DNA of 64,000 bases from positions 3,584,001-3,648,000 of the forward strand of contig OZ271854.1 of assembly GCA_965601925.1 (NCBI GenBank). The letters are read 5' to 3'. The DNA is from Alkalispirochaeta sp. (GTDB lineage: Bacteria > Spirochaetota > Spirochaetia > DSM-27196 > Alkalispirochaetaceae). Below are positions 60,500-64,000 of the stretch, in pieces; within the stretch, counting starts at the first letter, position 1, and every line of letters begins with the position of its first letter. Position numbers and translations under genes: made by a program. The notes under the pieces are model-generated. The model was not told the origin of the DNA and searched no databases. It saw nothing but the letters and a program-made list of their open reading frames with translations.

Positions 60500-62102
60500 G
60501 TACCGCGCGCGCACGGCACCGCTTCGTGCCGTCGCGTGGGTTTTCGGGGCGAGTTGCCTCGCGCTCGTCTCCACGACGGTGTTCTCCGAGTCGGTCGAAT
60601 CAACCCCTCTTTCCGTCGATCCGGTTCCGGGGAGGGATACGGGTGATCCGGCCGGGGGGACCGCCGTCGATGAACTGCATCGTAGAATCGCGATCTCTCT
60701 GGTAGAAGAGGCGATCGCCCTCGGTTTCGACTCCGAGTACCGTGTCATGCCGGAGGCGGAGGATACCGTCACATCGCTTCTCTCTCGTGCACACGCGTTG
60801 GATCCACTTCTCGCGGACGCCTCCTTTCTCCTCTCGCAACTGGCGGCGCCGAATCGTCGTGTAACGAGGCGACGCGAGCGTCTGTTGAACGAGGCTCTTA
60901 GAGGCGATCTCGCCGTCATTGAAAGGGAAGCCGTCGTCGAGTCCGCCGCGGAGTTGTACCTACAGCAGGGACGCGGTCGCGAAGCGCTGGCTCTCATCGA
61001 CGGAGAGTTTCGCGATCGAGTAGGAATGTCACCGGTTATGACGCTTTTTCCCGCCGTCGATGCGCCCGATATAGGGCCTCCTCGCGCGGCTGCGGACGTC
61101 GCGCCGAGTCGGCTGCACCATCTGCATCTGCGAGCTCTTCTGACGGTCGGGCCGCGGTGGTACTCGAGCGACTATCTCCGGCGACTGTATAACCGCTTCC
61201 CGGAAGATCGGGAGATGGGCCGTATCTGGTGGGAGCGTCAGAATCGGGTCTCGCTGGGGTTTCTCGAGTGGCTTGAGGCGACCGAGCGCAGTGGCGGAGC
61301 GGTGTCGCCGACCGTGTATCTTCACGCTGCGCGGCACGCTCCCGACCCTCTCCTGGGCGAGTTTACGCGTCGCTACTACGAGGCGGGCGGGACCGATACG
61401 CTCCCGGCGGCCTTAATGCTCGTTGCGGGAGACCGCTTTGTCGATCCGCAATACGCGGCGTCGATCGATGATCGTGCAATCGAGGCTTTTTTCTTTTCCG
61501 ACAAGACCATTTGGGAGGCGGCGTACGGCGAGGCAAACGGTGTTCGCGGCGCTCTCGCCGCGGCCGTCGTGCCGTTCTTCGAATCCATCGGGGGCGATCT
61601 CGAAAGCGAAACAACGCTCACCGTAGATGAGGATCGCGATCTCTTTTGGGAGGAACGCTATACCTTTCGCGGCGGAGTACTCGCCGCGTGGCAGATCGAT
61701 CAGGATAGGAACGGATACGTCGATGCGGCGGTGGTGTTTTCGCCGCGAGGGATACGGATACTTATCGCCGACGACGGCGTATACCACATTGTTGAATACT
61801 CCTCGTATCCGCTTGTAAGATCGATAATGCGTCTCGCGGGCGGCGATGCGGTCGTCTGGACGTCGGGCCGACCCGTCGCCTTTGACGCCGGTCTCCGCGT
61901 CGTCGCGGGCCAAACGGTCATCGCGCCGGATCGCGAATCGACTCTCCCGATATGGGAGACTCTCGGCGGACGTGTTAGGCTGGAAGAGGGAGTTGTCGGG
62001 CGATTTGCCCGCCAGCTCGGTGCCGACGACGCCAGAGTTATGAACGACGAAGAACGTGCGTCGGCGATGGCGTTGCTTTCGGAATGGGAGTTGATGCAAT
62101 GA
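60471..62102 (+). CDS. Hypothetical exported protein
   Basis: Long ORF with signal-like N-terminus, helical region, DEDRD and DQDRNG acidic loops; start uncertain. Confidence 0.65.
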   Translation: MIRSPANSRKYRARTAPLRAVAWVFGASCLALVSTTVFSESVESTPLSVDPVPGRDTGDPAGGTAVDELHRRIAISLVEEAIALGFDSEYRVMPEAEDTVTSLLSRAHALDPLLADASFLLSQLAAPNRRVTRRRERLLNEALRGDLAVIEREAVVESAAELYLQQGRGREALALIDGEFRDRVGMSPVMTLFPAVDAPDIGPPRAAADVAPSRLHHLHLRALLTVGPRWYSSDYLRRLYNRFPEDREMGRIWWERQNRVSLGFLEWLEATERSGGAVSPTVYLHAARHAPDPLLGEFTRRYYEAGGTDTLPAALMLVAGDRFVDPQYAASIDDRAIEAFFFSDKTIWEAAYGEANGVRGALAAAVVPFFESIGGDLESETTLTVDEDRDLFWEERYTFRGGVLAAWQIDQDRNGYVDAAVVFSPRGIRILIADDGVYHIVEYSSYPLVRSIMRLAGGDAVVWTSGRPVAFDAGLRVVAGQTVIAPDRESTLPIWETLGGRVRLEEGVVGRFARQLGADDARVMNDEERASAMALLSEWELMQ

Positions 62103-63937
62103 ATGATATTCGTTTTGACGGAGTGAAAAAAGCACCGATACTCGTTGCGGTACTCCTGTTGGCCGCGTGCGTAACGATCGAAGAGAACCCCGACGAACCG
62201 TTTACACGGAGCTCTCGTCTTATCGAAGCGATCGATCGCGCGGGGGAGGCCGATGAGGTCGGCCGAGTAGTGAACCTCGTATCCTACGGCTTTGAGACGG
62301 GGTTGCTCGACAGAGGTGAGGCGATAGGCTACTTCGATCGAACGGTGACGACGTTCCGCGAGCGTTACGATCGCGGCATTGCCGAGCGAGACTTTCGATC
62401 CGCCATTCGGGCGGAGCAGAATCTGCGTGTTCTCGCCGAGAACCGTATCGACTCGGCGTCGATCGTTCCGTTGGACGGGCTTCGATCGCGTGACGATCTC
62501 CTTTTCGAGTGGTCTCAGGCGGAGCTTGCTCGCGGTGAGGTGGTACTGGGTCTGTATCTCATGTTGCGCCGGTCGACCCTCGGCGATCTTCGCGGGCAGG
62601 TGCTGCGCGACTACATCGATATCGCCCGCGAGCTCAACCACGACGAGGCGTTGCGTCGTCTCCTGCGCGTCGCCGAGCAGCGCGGGCTGGACGTTGCGCC
62701 GCCGGGCGGGGCGCTCGATACTCCCGCCGATCGACCCTCCGATATGTTGGCGGGAACGGTAACGATATGGGTCAACCGGGGCATTCGTATTCAAAGTGGC
62801 GTCGGTGTTCCCGATCGAGTCATCGGAAGCGGTTTTTTCGTCGATCCCCGCGGATATCTCATTACCAACTATCACGTAATCTCCAGCGAGGTCGACCCCG
62901 AGTACGAAGGGTTCTCTCGACTGTTCATTAAGCTTCCGGGACGTCCCGACGAGCGCGTTCCGGCGCGCGTGATCGGCTACGACCGTATCTTCGACCTCGC
63001 TCTGCTGAAGGTCGAAATCGACCCCGCGTACGTCTTTTCCCTGAGCGACACTCGCGAGTTGGAGCCGGGGGAGGCGGTCCTTGCCTTGGGATCTCCGGGA
63101 GGGCTCGACAGCACGATTACCTCCGGAATCGTCTCGGCGTCGGGGCGACGCTTTCTGCAGATGGGCGAGGCAGTGCAAGTGGACGTACCGATCAACCCCG
63201 GCAACAGCGGCGGGCCGTTAATACTTCCCGACGGCCAGGTAGCGGGCATCGTGTTCGCCGGTATCGAGCAGTTTGAGGGAGTGAACTTCGCGATCCCGTC
63301 TTACTGGGTGCGACACTTCTTTCCGCGCCTCTATGAGCCGGGCGAGGTCGTCCACGCGTGGCTCGGAGCGGCGGTCCAACCGACGAGCGACGGCCTGGAG
63401 GTCGTATACGTTGCGCCGGGCTCCCCCGCGGCCGATGTCGGCGTTGGCGCGGGCGATATTTTGGTCGAACTCATGGGAACGCGAGTCTCGGACATCGCCT
63501 CGGCGCAGGACATTCTTCTCTCTCTCGAGCCCGACCACATCGTCGACTCAGTATGGCGCGCTCAGGGTGCCGCCGGACCGTCGCTGGATACGACACGTAG
63601 ACTGATTGCCCTCGCCGAACGGCCCTTCAGCCCCGTGGAGGACGCCTTGGAGCAACAGCCGATCGAGTCACTCTTTCCGGTCCTCTTCGGGATGAACGTC
63701 GACCAGGTGTCGGGCGCCCCGTGGGGACCGGACTATATCATTACGGAGGTGCTTCCGGGTTCGATCGCCGACGAGTCGAGCCTTTCGGTCGATGATCCCT
63801 TCGCCCTAAGGAACTGGCGCGTCGATCGAGATCTGCGCGCCGCCTTCATCCAAATAATCATTCGTCGACGCAAGGCCGGCTTCCTCGAGTCCGGAGTGCA
63901 GCTCGGCGCTTATTTGGAGACCGATCGTTTCATCTAA
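62099..63937 (+). CDS. S1C (HtrA-like) serine protease lipoprotein with PDZ
   Basis: LLLAAC lipobox; GSGFF, TNYHV, DLALLK, NPGNSGGP; C-terminal PDZ-like region. Confidence 0.9.
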   Translation: MNDIRFDGVKKAPILVAVLLLAACVTIEENPDEPFTRSSRLIEAIDRAGEADEVGRVVNLVSYGFETGLLDRGEAIGYFDRTVTTFRERYDRGIAERDFRSAIRAEQNLRVLAENRIDSASIVPLDGLRSRDDLLFEWSQAELARGEVVLGLYLMLRRSTLGDLRGQVLRDYIDIARELNHDEALRRLLRVAEQRGLDVAPPGGALDTPADRPSDMLAGTVTIWVNRGIRIQSGVGVPDRVIGSGFFVDPRGYLITNYHVISSEVDPEYEGFSRLFIKLPGRPDERVPARVIGYDRIFDLALLKVEIDPAYVFSLSDTRELEPGEAVLALGSPGGLDSTITSGIVSASGRRFLQMGEAVQVDVPINPGNSGGPLILPDGQVAGIVFAGIEQFEGVNFAIPSYWVRHFFPRLYEPGEVVHAWLGAAVQPTSDGLEVVYVAPGSPAADVGVGAGDILVELMGTRVSDIASAQDILLSLEPDHIVDSVWRAQGAAGPSLDTTRRLIALAERPFSPVEDALEQQPIESLFPVLFGMNVDQVSGAPWGPDYIITEVLPGSIADESSLSVDDPFALRNWRVDRDLRAAFIQIIIRRRKAGFLESGVQLGAYLETDRFI

Positions 63938-64000
63938 TGCACCCGGAACCGGTGCAGCGCGTCGTGCGCGGGCTGTACGATCGATTCCGACATATCCGTT
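63937..64000 (+). CDS. 5' end of next gene (partial, unassigned)
   Basis: ATG overlapping the TAA stop; open to the window edge (MHPEPVQRVVRG...). Confidence 0.45.
   Translation, partial: MHPEPVQRVVRGLYDRFRHIR

Overview
High-GC window with the gene order of a free-living Spirochaetales bacterium. Housekeeping blocks are rpsB-tsf-frr-uppS-cdsA-(rseP), argS-gltB-gltD, and rplU-prp-rpmA-obgE-nadD-yqeK-LCP-rsfS-spoVG-tRNA-Gln-rplY-pth-tilS-ftsH-HtrA-like. The first accessory stretch (~6.3-22.4 kb, after tRNA-Arg) holds a DeoR-led operon encoding a complete 2-oxoacid-dehydrogenase-type complex plus an SrlD-like SDR, an MFS, lipoproteins, and an Asp-rich orphan protein coupled to a multi-TM HisKA_2 kinase. 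The second (~34.2-50.5 kb) holds regulator/target pairs, a decayed pectin-catabolism cluster, IS481 and IS91 remnants, and a zinc-uptake locus. The most notable signals not in the ORF track are: (1) a ribbon-helix-helix/Cys-His regulator heading a ZnuACB-like operon, with an AGTAATA/TATTACT motif shared by that promoter and the COG0523 promoter (candidate non-Zur zinc regulon); (2) an Ile-rich leader peptide with terminator and antiterminator upstream of citramalate synthase; (3) a possible ComQ/ComX-like signal-synthase plus sensor pair; (4) a CTG start codon for obgE. All family calls come from motif recognition by eye; no searches were run.
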